The notes under the pieces were generated by a model. That model saw only the letters and a program-made list of their open reading frames with translations. It made no database searches and had not been told where the DNA came from. Source: an uncultured Eubacteriales bacterium (GTDB lineage: Bacteria > Bacillota > Clostridia > Peptostreptococcales > Anaerovoracaceae). From it: DNA of 64,000 bases. The stretch is taken from assembly GCA_902773835.1 (NCBI GenBank), contig CACYFZ010000004.1, positions 7,325-71,324 on the forward strand, in the 5' to 3' direction. Made by a program: the position numbers and the translations under genes. Of this stretch, positions 54,407 to 64,000 are shown one piece after another. How positions within the stretch are numbered: position 1 is the stretch's first letter; each line of letters starts with the position of its first letter.

Positions 54407-57394
54407 TTATACTCCCGTCATGTAGCTGTAATCATCCAGCACAGCTTTGGTCAGCTTGCAAATATCCTCAGGAAGCTTTGATGCAGCTTCATCGAGTGTG
54501 CACTCGAACTCGGCTTTGTCGTAGCGAACTTTGAGTTTTCCGCCGTCGAGTGGAAGGAATCCTTCGTTCTCGCTGTCCCTGAAGTCTTTTTCGGTAGCAA
54601 AGAGTGTCCATTTATCCTTGTACGGGCGTCCGTTGTATGGGCAGAATACCGCGCAGTTGCCGCACTCGTTGCACATGATGTCGACATGTACGATCTGAGT
54701 CTTTTCCATACCCGGTACCTCAATCGAGATATTTGCTCTGTTCGGGCAAACCTCTACGCAGGCCTCGCAGACCTTCTGGCAACCGAGACATCTGACTCCG
54801 TCGTCCTCCTCGATTTCACCGCAGAGATATCCGTGGCGATTCTTATAAGCCTTTGCGTCTGTGATCGCTGTCAGGCTGTCATCGTAGAATGTGGCTCCTG
54901 CAATTGCGATTGCAACTCTTGCAGCATCTGCAATGCCCTTTACTACAGTAGCAGGGCCTGCCTTACAGTCGCCGGCAGCATAGATGTGATCTACGCTGGT
55001 CTTAAGATCTGCTCCGAGCACCGGACGGCCTCTGTCGTCCATCTTGGCTCCGCAAGCATTGTAGAGAGATGCATCGATTCTCTCACCTACAGCGGCGATT
55101 ACTGTATCTGCAGGAACGCTGACCTTCTCTCCTGTGTCAACCGGGCTTCTTCTTCCGGACTCATCGGGATCACCCAACTTCATAACTGAGCACTCAAGCA
55201 CTCCGTCCTTAACACCGATAGGTGCGAGGAGCTCCATGAACTCCACTCCGTCCTCGACAGCCATTACCAGCTCTTCCTCATCAGCCGGCATGTATCTCTT
55301 AGTACGTCTGTAAACGAGTCTTACATTCTCAACTCCCGCAACTCTCTTAGCTGCACGAGCTACGTCCATAGCTGTGTTACCGCCGCCGATTACGACGATG
55401 TTCTTTCCGATATTGAGAGCTGAAGGATTGTTCTTAGCCTCATAGAGGAACTCAAGAGCATCCATTTCCTCTCCGTACTCGAGATTGGCTCTGCCCTTCT
55501 CCCATGCACCGATTGCGATGACTACATCGTCATATCCCTCAGCGAGGAGATCCGCAGGGTTCTTAACCTCTACTCCGTATTTGAACTCTGCACCGTAAGC
55601 GCTGCAAAGTGCCACATCCTTTTCGATGGTCTCATCGCTGATTCTGAATGCAGGGATTACCTGGCGTACGACTCCGCCTGCAACGTCTGCCTTCTCAAAT
55701 ACAGTTACCTTGGCACCTGCTCTTGAAAGGAAGCTTGCGCTTGCAAGTCCCGCAGGACCCGCACCGATAACGGCGACCTTCTTATCGCATGCACCCTCAG
55801 TCTTGAGTCCGCCTACAAGCTTGTCGAATGCCGATGTAGCAGCTTCGAGCTTGACCTTTCTGATCTTTACAGACTCCTCATAGTGGTTTCTCATGCACTT
55901 ATCTGCGCAGGTATGCGGACAGATAGTTCCTGTGATGAACGGAAGAGCGTTCTTCTTCAGTATGATTGCCAGGGCTTCCTCAGCCTTTCCATGTGACATG
56001 GCCGCCAGGTATTCAGGGATATCCTGGTTGATTGGGCAGCCGTCCGAGCATGGTGAATCGAAGCAGTCGATCTTAGGCAGCTCTCTGGCCATCTTTCTGT
56101 CAGGAAGCGGCTTAACCGGCTTTTTGTAATATCCGTCTGTCAGGGCATCTGCAGCGAGTTTCTCGACCTTTGCAGGATCAACACCTTCGAAGGCCTTGTA
56201 TTCACTGTCTTCGAGAATCTCAGCCAGCTGTGCCATTCTCTCATAGCCACCCGGTTTAAGCAGCGTAGTAGCCATTGTGATAGGCCAGATACCTGCATCG
56301 AAGAGCGCCTTAATATTGTATGCATCGGCACCGCCGGAGTATGAGATTCTGAGTTTTCCGTCGAATTCCTTGCTGATTCTTCTGGCGAGCTCAGTTGTCA
56401 GAATGTAGAGAGATCTTCCCGACATGTACATCTCTTCACTCGGAAGCTCTCCTGCAGCTACGTCTACAGGGAATGTATTGGTCAGCTTAACACCGAACTC
56501 CAATCCCTTCTCAGCGCAAAGCTTGATGAGGCGGTTGAACATAGGAACCGCATCCTCCCATTGGAGGTCCTCTAAGAAGTGATGGTCGTCAAATACGATA
56601 TAGTCATATCCACATGAATCGAGTCTTTCTCTGGCTGTCTCATATCCGAGCAGAGTCGGGTTGCACTTGATATAAGTGTTAAGGCCCTTCTCAGTAATGA
56701 GATATGTGGCAATTCTCTCGATTTCATCAGGCGGGCATCCGTGAAGAGTAGACTCTGTTATGGAAGCCGAAACCTGTGCAGGAATGCTGTCTACGAATGC
56801 TTCATCGATCTTGCTGAAAAGTCCGATGTTCTTCTTAAGCCATTCCTTGGCTTCCTTAAATACAGGTCTGTCGGATGCATCCTTCATGCCTTCGATATAG
56901 TTATCTACCTTTTCGGACTTGATGCCCTCAAGATCGTAACCTACGGACATATTGAATACGAAGCTGTCAGGATCTCCGAGTCCGAGCTCTTTAGCGAGGA
57001 CTTTACAGATAACCCATGCCTTTACGTATTCTTCATAAGCCTGGCCTACTTCGAGCTCTGTGGACCACTCACAGTTATAGCACTCATCGTGAGCCGTGAT
57101 GCATGGCTTTGCAACGCATGCAGCCAGTTCAGCTCCGTCCATAATCTGTACGGTCTTAAGTTCGAAGAATCTCGCACCTGTTACATAGGATGCGATGATG
57201 TTCTGCGCCAGCTGTGTATTAGGGCCGGCTGCAGGTCCGAACGGTGACTCAAGCTTTTCTTTGAAAATAGGCAATTCTTTACCGCCCAGCTTAGGCATTC
57301 TCTTCTCTCCGAAGATAGCTCCGTCTTTCTTGTACTCTTCGAGCACCCATCTCATCAGATGATCGAAGCTCATAGGAGTCATAATATCGCTCAT
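54407..57394 (-). CDS. ygfK: YgfK-family oxidoreductase (DPD-like TIM barrel, Fe-S clusters and a GltD-like flavoprotein)
   Basis: 995 aa. The N-terminus (MSDIMTPMSFDHLMRWVLEEYKK...FGPAAGPNTQLAQNIIASYVTGARFFELKTVQ) parallels E. coli YgfK as I recall it. Confidence 0.85.
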   Translation of the reverse strand: MSDIMTPMSFDHLMRWVLEEYKKDGAIFGEKRMPKLGGKELPIFKEKLESPFGPAAGPNTQLAQNIIASYVTGARFFELKTVQIMDGAELAACVAKPCITAHDECYNCEWSTELEVGQAYEEYVKAWVICKVLAKELGLGDPDSFVFNMSVGYDLEGIKSEKVDNYIEGMKDASDRPVFKEAKEWLKKNIGLFSKIDEAFVDSIPAQVSASITESTLHGCPPDEIERIATYLITEKGLNTYIKCNPTLLGYETARERLDSCGYDYIVFDDHHFLEDLQWEDAVPMFNRLIKLCAEKGLEFGVKLTNTFPVDVAAGELPSEEMYMSGRSLYILTTELARRISKEFDGKLRISYSGGADAYNIKALFDAGIWPITMATTLLKPGGYERMAQLAEILEDSEYKAFEGVDPAKVEKLAADALTDGYYKKPVKPLPDRKMARELPKIDCFDSPCSDGCPINQDIPEYLAAMSHGKAEEALAIILKKNALPFITGTICPHTCADKCMRNHYEESVKIRKVKLEAATSAFDKLVGGLKTEGACDKKVAVIGAGPAGLASASFLSRAGAKVTVFEKADVAGGVVRQVIPAFRISDETIEKDVALCSAYGAEFKYGVEVKNPADLLAEGYDDVVIAIGAWEKGRANLEYGEEMDALEFLYEAKNNPSALNIGKNIVVIGGGNTAMDVARAAKRVAGVENVRLVYRRTKRYMPADEEELVMAVEDGVEFMELLAPIGVKDGVLECSVMKLGDPDESGRRSPVDTGEKVSVPADTVIAAVGERIDASLYNACGAKMDDRGRPVLGADLKTSVDHIYAAGDCKAGPATVVKGIADAARVAIAIAGATFYDDSLTAITDAKAYKNRHGYLCGEIEEDDGVRCLGCQKVCEACVEVCPNRANISIEVPGMEKTQIVHVDIMCNECGNCAVFCPYNGRPYKDKWTLFATEKDFRDSENEGFLPLDGGKLKVRYDKAEFECTLDEAASKLPEDICKLTKAVLDDYSYMTGV

Positions 57395-57420
57395 ACTTTC
57401 CCCCTTTGTCTGATCTACAA

Positions 57421-58761
57421 CTAATACTTTCTGTTATTAAGTGCGCCCCAGAGCTTCTTGGATTGCTCCATAGTCCAGGCGTTAATCTTGTCTTCGTCAA
57501 TACCTACGAATTCACGGTCTTTGTAAAGAACCTTACCGTTGATAACAGTAGTGCGGCAGTTCTTACCCATCATACCGAAAAGCATATGGCCGTCGATGTT
57601 CTCATCCGAGAACGGTGTGAACGGCTTATAATCCATTACGATTACATCAGCTGCAGCGCCTTCCTTCAGGATGCCCAGAGGCTTTTTGAAGTACTTAGCA
57701 GCAATCTTACGGTTGTTATCAAAGAGCATTGTCATATCTTCCATCCATGCTACGTTAGGAAGACATGCGTTGTGTCTCTGAATGATGAGGAAGACCTTAA
57801 GGCTCTCCAGCATGTCGTGTGTATATGCGTCAGTACCCATACCTACCGTAATGCCCTTGGCCATCATCTGAAGTACAGGTGAGCATCCTACTGCATTACC
57901 CATGTTGGACTCAGGGTTGTTAACAGCCATTGTGCCCGTCTCAACCATAATATCCATCTCTGCAGGGTTGATGTGTATGCAATGTCCGAGCATAGTCTTC
58001 TCACCGAGTATGCCGTGGTTAAGAAGTCTGTTTACAGGTCTGCATCCGTAGTTTCTGAGAGAGTCATAAACATCGTTCATACCCTCAGCCACATGGATGT
58101 GGAATCCCGTCAATCCGTCGTTTTCTTTTACCATATTCTCGAATGTCTTATCCGAGATTGTAAAGAGTGCGTGGCCTCCGAACATGGCGGCAATCATATC
58201 GCTGTCCTGCTTAGCGGCCCAGCGTGCGAAGTCTCCGTTTTCCTTGATGCTCTCGAGGGCTTTCTGCTCTCCATCTCTGTCGGATACTTCATAGCAGAGG
58301 CAGGCTCTCATGCCCAGCTCTTCACATACGTCTTTAATAGCAAAAAGAGACCCCGGTATCTCGCAAAAACTTGCGTGATGGTCAAATATGGTAGTAACAC
58401 CGTCGCGAATGCAATCGAGCACGGTTGCATAAGCACTGGCCTTAGTGCCGTCAATAGTAAGATGACGGTCTATATTCCACCACATTCCCTCAAGGATCTC
58501 CAAAAAATTAGTAGGATTATTGCCATCAATGGCAAGTCCTCTTGCAAGTCCGGAGTAAATGTGAGTATGTGCATTGATCAGCCCCGGCATGATAACGCCG
58601 CCCTGCGCATCCACATACTCAGCATCAGGATACTTGCTCTTAAGTTCTGTTTCTTCACCTACAGCGACAATTACTTCACCGTCACATACTACGGCGCCCT
58701 TTTCTATGTAAGGATTATCGCTGTCTCTGGTAATAACTCTACCGTTTCCAATAAGAAGCAT
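57421..58761 (-). CDS. ssnA: SsnA-family amidohydrolase
   Basis: 446 aa with a metal-dependent hydrolase HxH (INAHTHIYSGLARG), which parallels E. coli SsnA. Confidence 0.85.
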   Translation of the reverse strand: MLLIGNGRVITRDSDNPYIEKGAVVCDGEVIVAVGEETELKSKYPDAEYVDAQGGVIMPGLINAHTHIYSGLARGLAIDGNNPTNFLEILEGMWWNIDRHLTIDGTKASAYATVLDCIRDGVTTIFDHHASFCEIPGSLFAIKDVCEELGMRACLCYEVSDRDGEQKALESIKENGDFARWAAKQDSDMIAAMFGGHALFTISDKTFENMVKENDGLTGFHIHVAEGMNDVYDSLRNYGCRPVNRLLNHGILGEKTMLGHCIHINPAEMDIMVETGTMAVNNPESNMGNAVGCSPVLQMMAKGITVGMGTDAYTHDMLESLKVFLIIQRHNACLPNVAWMEDMTMLFDNNRKIAAKYFKKPLGILKEGAAADVIVMDYKPFTPFSDENIDGHMLFGMMGKNCRTTVINGKVLYKDREFVGIDEDKINAWTMEQSKKLWGALNNRKY

Positions 58762-58792
58762 ATCGTCCCCTCCTATCTCTGTTTAAGAGAAA

Positions 58793-59734
58793 TTACTTTT
58801 TGATGATAGTTCCGGTCTCTCCCTCGATTCCTTCCTTTGCTTTCTCAAGCAAAGTGATGAGAGCTGTACGACCATCCTTAGACTCTGCGAACTTAACAGC
58901 CGCTTCTACCTTCGGCAGCATGGATCCCGGTGCGAACTCACCTGCTTCCATATACTTTTTGGCTGTTACGGAATCAATTTCTCCGAGTTTTTCTTCGTTT
59001 GGCTTGTTGTAGTTAATAGCCACTTTCTCAACTGCTGTAAGGATAATCAGCATGTCCGCATCGAGTTCTTCAGCCATGCACTCTGCGGCAAAATCCTTAT
59101 CAATTACGGCAGCTGCGCCTTTCAGGTGATGTCCTTCCGTCTTAAATACAGGAATTCCGCCACCTCCGCAGGCTATTACTACCTGACCGGCTTCTACCAA
59201 GTCCTTTATTGTTTCTATCTCAATTATAGATACAGGCTTCGGTGACGCAACAGCTCTTCTGTAACCTCTTCCGGCATCTTCCATTACCACGAAACCTCTT
59301 GTCTCAGCAAGGAAATCAGCTTCTTCTTTTGTCATGAATGCGCCGATAGGCTTTGTAGGATTCTGGAATGCAGAATCGTTCCTGTCAACTTCAACCTGTG
59401 TAAGAAGCATAGCAACACCCTTCTTTATTCCACGATCCAAAAGCTCTTCTCTGAGTCTGTTCTGAAGATCGTATCCGATATATCCCTGGCTCATCGCTGT
59501 GCATACGGAAAGCGGTGCCAGCGGATATTTTTCAGGATTGGATCTTGTAAGCTCCATCATCGCATTTTGTATCATGCCTACCTGAGGGCCGTTACCGTGA
59601 GCGATAATTACCTCATGTCCTGCTTCTATCAGATCTGCTATTGCAGATGCGGTTGTTTTAACAGCCTCCATCTGCTCCGGCAGATTGCCGCCCAGGGCGT
59701 TTCCGCCCAGGGCAACTACTATTCTTTTACTCAT
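58793..59734 (-). CDS. Carbamate kinase (YqeA/ArcC-like)
   Basis: 313 aa beginning MSKRIVVALGGNAL, with HGNGPQVG also present. Confidence 0.85.
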   Translation of the reverse strand: MSKRIVVALGGNALGGNLPEQMEAVKTTASAIADLIEAGHEVIIAHGNGPQVGMIQNAMMELTRSNPEKYPLAPLSVCTAMSQGYIGYDLQNRLREELLDRGIKKGVAMLLTQVEVDRNDSAFQNPTKPIGAFMTKEEADFLAETRGFVVMEDAGRGYRRAVASPKPVSIIEIETIKDLVEAGQVVIACGGGGIPVFKTEGHHLKGAAAVIDKDFAAECMAEELDADMLIILTAVEKVAINYNKPNEEKLGEIDSVTAKKYMEAGEFAPGSMLPKVEAAVKFAESKDGRTALITLLEKAKEGIEGETGTIIKK

Positions 59735-59785
59735 ATCAATCTACCTCTTTTTTATTTTATCAGAGGACCTTAGCCTCCGCTGAAA

Positions 59786-60994
59786 TTACTTCTCCAGATA
59801 AGCCTGTCTTTCTTTACCTGCCTTAAGAAGCTTCTCAAGAGCAGCCTTAGGATCTTTCTGCTTGGCGAGGAAGATCATGGCAGCGATTACATATGGCTTG
59901 TTGGATGCTTCCTTATACAGGGAGTCGCGGGCTCTGTCGAATACTTCACCGGTAACTTCACCGTGCTCGCAGGATACACCCTGGATGTCTGCAGGCAGCG
60001 GATGCATGTAGAGCGTATCGAGGCCGTTCTTTGTCAGCTTCATCATCTCATCGTCTACGAGCCAATCCATATGTTCTTTGTTCTGAGCGAGAAGTTCTTT
60101 CTCAAGCTTATCGATTCCGTCGAAATCACCCTTACCGTAGAGGTCTGTTCTTACTTCCATAGCGGCAAACGGAGCCCAGCTCTTAGGATATACGACGTCT
60201 GCATCCTTGAACGCCTCCTTCATATCGTTTGTAACAGTGAACTTACCGCCGGATTCTTCAGCGTTCTTCTCAGCTACCTTAACTACATCGTCCATTACCT
60301 CATATCCTTCCGGATGAGCGAGAACTACGTCCATTCCGAATCTTGTGAGGAGTCCGATAATGCCCTGTGGTACGGAAAGAGGTTTTCCGTATGATGGGGA
60401 GTATGCCCATGTCATAGCCAGTTTCTTACCCTTGAGGTTCTCAACGCCGCCCATCTCATGGATGATATGAAGAGCGTCAGCAAGTGACTGTGTAGGGTGA
60501 TCGATATCACACTGAAGGTTTACGAGTGTAGGCTTCTGCTCCAGCTCACCGTCCTTGGCAGCCTGGGATACGGAGTCTACTACTTCGTGCATGTAAGCAT
60601 TACCCTTACCGATGTACATATCGTCACGGATACCGATTACGTCAGCCATGAATGAAATCATTGTAGCTGTCTCTCTTACTGTCTCTCCGTGTGCGATCTG
60701 AGACTTCTTCTCATCGAGGTCTGCTACTTCAAGTCCGAGAAGGTTGCAGGCACTTGCAAATGAGAAACGAGTTCTTGTTGAGTTGTCGCGGAAGATTGAG
60801 ATTCCGAGACCTGAGTCGAAAATCTTAGTCGAGATGTTCTGCTCTCTGAGTGATCTCAGAGCGTCAGCAACTGCGAAGATAGCAGCAATCTCATCATCTG
60901 TCTTCTCCCATGTCAGGAAGAAGTCGTTTTCGTACATGTTCTTGATGTCCAGCTTGTCCAGCTGATCGAGATATTTTTGAATATCGTTAGCCAT
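59786..60994 (-). CDS. ygeW: YgeW-family carbamoyltransferase
   Basis: 402 aa. It contains FRDNSTRTRFSFASA, SQIAHGETVRETA and WAYSPSYGKPLSVPQGIIGL, nearly colinear with E. coli YgeW as I recall it. Confidence 0.85.
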   Translation of the reverse strand: MANDIQKYLDQLDKLDIKNMYENDFFLTWEKTDDEIAAIFAVADALRSLREQNISTKIFDSGLGISIFRDNSTRTRFSFASACNLLGLEVADLDEKKSQIAHGETVRETATMISFMADVIGIRDDMYIGKGNAYMHEVVDSVSQAAKDGELEQKPTLVNLQCDIDHPTQSLADALHIIHEMGGVENLKGKKLAMTWAYSPSYGKPLSVPQGIIGLLTRFGMDVVLAHPEGYEVMDDVVKVAEKNAEESGGKFTVTNDMKEAFKDADVVYPKSWAPFAAMEVRTDLYGKGDFDGIDKLEKELLAQNKEHMDWLVDDEMMKLTKNGLDTLYMHPLPADIQGVSCEHGEVTGEVFDRARDSLYKEASNKPYVIAAMIFLAKQKDPKAALEKLLKAGKERQAYLEK

Positions 60995-61023
60995 TTATTT
61001 GTCCTCCGTTATATATGTTCAAA

Positions 61024-62424
61024 CTATTTAATATCGTTGTTGGTTGTTCCCTGACGGAAAGTTGTGATGTCATCAATCTTTTCGTATGTAGGGTACTGGT
61101 TGCAAGCTGCGGCATATACTGCTGCACATGTTACGAGATCCTGCTTCCAAGTGATTTCGTTAGGGGCGTGTGCCTGTGACTCAGCTCCCGGTCCGAATCC
61201 TACGCATGGGATTCCGTATCTTCCCTGGATGGAAACTCCGTTAGTGGAGAATGTCCACTTGTCGAGAAGAGGTCTTCCTGTTCTTGTGCTCATGGATGAA
61301 GGAGCTCCGATTCTCTCATCTCCGTACATAGCCTTGTGAGCATCTACGAGAGTCTTAACGTGAGCGGCTTCTCCGTTGTTGATCCATGTCGGGAAGTAGC
61401 ACTCTGTCTCATAAACCTCTCCTGTCCAGGACGGTCTGTCATACATATACATGCTTACTTCTACGTCATCACCGTACTTTTTAACTGCAGGAAGTTGTCT
61501 GATTTCCTCGAGGCAGCTGTCCCAAGTCTCTCCGGCTGTCATACGACGGTCGATGGAGATAGCGCAGGAGTCTGCTACGGCACATCTTGATGGTGATGTA
61601 TAGAAGATCTGTGAAGTTGTGCATGTGCCCCTTCCGAGGAATCTTGCATCTTCATAGTGATCAGGGTTGAACTCAGGCTCGAGCATCTTTACGAGACCCT
61701 TGATTTCATCATCTGCTCCGCATCCGTTTTCATTAAGAGCTCTTACATCCTGGAGAATATCTGCCATCTTGTAAATAGCGTTGTCTCCTCTTTCAGGAGC
61801 GGATCCGTGGCAGGAAATTCCCTTAACGTCCACTCTGATTTCCATACGACCTCTGTGGCCTCTGTAAACTCCGCCGTCTGTAGGCTCTGTGGAGATTACG
61901 AATTCAATCTTTGATCTTGCATCTTCAGGTCCGTTGAAGTACTTATTAACGATGTACTGCCAGCACATTCCGTCGCAGTCCTCTTCCTGTACGGAACCTA
62001 CTACCATGATCTTGTATCCGTCAGGAATAAGACCGAGGTCTTTCATAATCTTGGCACCGTATACTGCAGAAGCCATTCCGCCTTCCTGGTCGGAACCGCC
62101 GCGTCCGTATATGATCTCGTCTGTCTCGTATCCTTCATAAGGATCCTTTTCCCAGTTGTTGATGTTACCGATACCTACTGTGTCGATGTGAGAGTCGATA
62201 GCGATGATCTTGTCTCCTTCGCCCATCCAACCGATAACGTTTCCGAGTCCGTCTACTTCGACCTTGTCATAACCGAGTTTTTCCATCTCAGCTTTGATGC
62301 AGGCTACAACTTCGCCTTCCTCGCAGCTTTCAGACGGATGAGAAATCATTGCACGAAGGAATGCTGTAAGATCCTTCTGATAACCCTCTGCGGTCTTTTT
62401 GATAAGTTCATAATCCAGTGCCAT
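61024..62424 (-). CDS. ygeY: YgeY-family M20 peptidase/deacylase
   Basis: 466 aa. It contains IPSESCEE-type, [24 protein letters not shown] and FSTNGVSI motifs that parallel E. coli YgeY. Confidence 0.85.
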   Translation of the reverse strand: MALDYELIKKTAEGYQKDLTAFLRAMISHPSESCEEGEVVACIKAEMEKLGYDKVEVDGLGNVIGWMGEGDKIIAIDSHIDTVGIGNINNWEKDPYEGYETDEIIYGRGGSDQEGGMASAVYGAKIMKDLGLIPDGYKIMVVGSVQEEDCDGMCWQYIVNKYFNGPEDARSKIEFVISTEPTDGGVYRGHRGRMEIRVDVKGISCHGSAPERGDNAIYKMADILQDVRALNENGCGADDEIKGLVKMLEPEFNPDHYEDARFLGRGTCTTSQIFYTSPSRCAVADSCAISIDRRMTAGETWDSCLEEIRQLPAVKKYGDDVEVSMYMYDRPSWTGEVYETECYFPTWINNGEAAHVKTLVDAHKAMYGDERIGAPSSMSTRTGRPLLDKWTFSTNGVSIQGRYGIPCVGFGPGAESQAHAPNEITWKQDLVTCAAVYAAACNQYPTYEKIDDITTFRQGTTNNDIK

Positions 62425-62504
62425 TTTTGTTTCCTTTCTACGCTATTAAGTGCGTTAAAAATGTTTTTGTAATAAGTGATATGTTTAGTTGATTTATTAT
62501 CTGT

Positions 62505-63737
62505 TTATTTATTGGCGTTTCCTTCGAGGTCGTTGTACGCTCCGTCCCATACCGCATCTCTGAATCGGTCAGGATCTGTATTTCCTTCAGTGGAGAAGAG
62601 CAGCACCTTGCTGTCTTTTCCGAGTCCGAGATACTCTTTCAAGTCCTTGTACTCTTCCTTCTCCATTATATTGGATACAACGCCCATTCCTATGGCTCCG
62701 CTCTCCCCGGAGATTATTACCGTATCTCCCTTTACCGGAACCGCGAACATCCTCATTCCTCTTGCAGCCACGCTGTTTTGAGCTGCGATAAATGCACTTA
62801 CGTGATTTCTGAGAATGTCCCAACCTATTGTGTTAGGCTCTCCGCATGCGAGACCTGCCATAATAGTCGGCATGTCGCCTCCGACCTTTCTCGGCTCTCC
62901 GTCTCCGGCTTCAGCTCCTTTATAGAGGCAAGCAGCGGCTTCGGCTTCCATTATGATAAATTTCGGTGGATTGTCCTTATATACATTGTAGAGATATCCG
63001 ACTACTGCGGCTGCCAGTGATCCTACACCGGCCTGAACGAATACGTGAGTCGGTCTGGTCATGCTCATTGCATCGAACTGCTGAAGCACCTCGTCAGCCA
63101 TTGTTCCGTATCCCTGCATTATCCAAGAAGGAATCTTTTCATATCCTTCCCATGCAGTGTCCTGAACCATAATGCCGTGCTCCGACTCTGCAGCCTCTCT
63201 TGCGGCCTTCCTTACGCAGTCGTCATAGTTGAGCTCTTCTATAGTTACATCGGCTCCCTCTGCTGCTATGCTGTGATATCTCCTCGGAGTCGTTCCCTTA
63301 GGCATTCTGACTACGGCCTTCTGTCCCAGCCTGTTGGCTGCCCAGGCAATTCCCTTGCCGTGGTTTCCGTCTGTGGCTGTGTAGAATGTAGCCTGAGGAT
63401 ATGCATCTCTAAATTCTTTGCTTGTCAGATATTCGAAGTTCATCTCCGAAATATCTTTTCCCATCTCTTCTGCAATACACTTGGCTATCGCGAAGGATCC
63501 GCCCAGCACCTTGAAGGCGTTAAGTCCGAAGCGATAGCTTTCATCCTTAACATACAAACCGCCAAGACCGAGACGATTGGCCATTCCCTGCAGACTTACA
63601 AGCGGTGTTACCGTGTACTGAGGAAAGCTGACATGAAAGGCTCTTGCAGCCTTGACATTATCTATCGACATAATCGAGAGATTCTTGTCTTCAGTCTTGG
63701 GCATGTGGTTATCCACCCACTTCATTTTGTTTTCCAT
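62505..63737 (-). CDS. dpaL: Diaminopropionate ammonia-lyase (YgeX/DpaL family)
   Basis: 410 aa with a PLP beta-family fold (NAFKVLGG...ATDGNHG). It is the first gene of the six-gene block. Confidence 0.8.
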   Translation of the reverse strand: MENKMKWVDNHMPKTEDKNLSIMSIDNVKAARAFHVSFPQYTVTPLVSLQGMANRLGLGGLYVKDESYRFGLNAFKVLGGSFAIAKCIAEEMGKDISEMNFEYLTSKEFRDAYPQATFYTATDGNHGKGIAWAANRLGQKAVVRMPKGTTPRRYHSIAAEGADVTIEELNYDDCVRKAAREAAESEHGIMVQDTAWEGYEKIPSWIMQGYGTMADEVLQQFDAMSMTRPTHVFVQAGVGSLAAAVVGYLYNVYKDNPPKFIIMEAEAAACLYKGAEAGDGEPRKVGGDMPTIMAGLACGEPNTIGWDILRNHVSAFIAAQNSVAARGMRMFAVPVKGDTVIISGESGAIGMGVVSNIMEKEEYKDLKEYLGLGKDSKVLLFSTEGNTDPDRFRDAVWDGAYNDLEGNANK

Positions 63738-63932
63738 TTGTTAGTTCACCTGATTTCTGATTTATTTTTATCCGAAAATTTTATATCTAAAAATTTTTTT
63801 GGTTTCTGCGTTTATTTTAGCACAATATATAAGTTTTACAAGAGAAAAACCTAAAAATTATTTTGTTGTTATAAGAATTTTTTTCTGTTAAAATACTAAT
63901 AAGTATTTCTTTTAATGCTAACGGAGGTGTTC

Positions 63933-64000
63933 ATGTCGATACCACGCTTACTTGAAGATTTGACTAAAGTCGCAAAAGGCATAAGCGCTACTTTCGGTTC
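63933..64000 (+). CDS. 5' end of an unidentified gene that runs off the right edge
   Basis: The ATG at 63933 lies 6 nt after ACGGAGGTG. The translation is MSIPRLLEDLTKVAKGISATFG..., which is too short to classify. Confidence 0.3.
   Translation, partial: MSIPRLLEDLTKVAKGISATFG

Noticed and set aside
1-64000. A search for CRISPR arrays, IS elements, integrases, prophage genes, toxin-antitoxin pairs and known defence systems.
   Set aside because: I found no arrays of direct repeats and no transposase, recombinase or phage-like ORFs. No small two-gene cassettes of that type are present. All larger ORFs are accounted for by metabolic, transport or regulatory families.

Overview
This is a 64 kb chromosomal segment with dense coding, mostly on the minus strand. 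Gene content suggests an anaerobic, Clostridia-like Firmicute. I found no rRNA, CRISPR array, transposase, integrase or phage gene.

The dominant theme is selenium.
- The full selenocysteine-decoding set is present: tRNA-Sec, selA and selB at 4.6-8.1 kb, and selD at 23.4-24.6 kb. selD has its own in-frame UGA.
- A glycine reductase operon lies at 43.6-52.8 kb. Both grdA and grdB contain in-frame UGA codons at the known Sec positions. A glycine riboswitch sits upstream and a second tRNA-Sec gene sits at the 3' end.
- The six-gene ygeX-ygeY-ygeW-carbamate kinase-ssnA-ygfK block lies at 54.4-63.7 kb. This gene set accompanies selenium-dependent molybdenum hydroxylases and anaerobic purine/urate breakdown.

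The ORF track splits selD, grdA and grdB at their UGA codons. I rejoined each of them.

Other content:
- potABC
- an Mrp/ApbC Fe-S carrier
- cysE
- a purine nucleoside phosphorylase
- larE-larB-larC1-larC2, with no larA nearby
- a sensory-type [FeFe] hydrogenase followed by a PP2C phosphatase
- the aspartate-family genes hom, ask, asd and thrC
- a uracil/xanthine permease
- DUF1015
- putP
- a TehA-like transporter with a Cys-rich redox protein and a TetR regulator
- pyruvate kinase
- nfnAB
- a Zn-dependent secondary alcohol dehydrogenase followed by a COG0523 GTPase

The least explained items:
- two paralogous DUF3841 genes inserted between grdB and grdA and bracketed by GC-rich hairpins
- a roughly 345 nt promoter-to-terminator unit at 16.8-17.1 kb with no credible ORF
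- the duplicated tRNA-Sec

All functional calls come from reading the translated ORFs and the DNA by eye. No database search or folding program was run.
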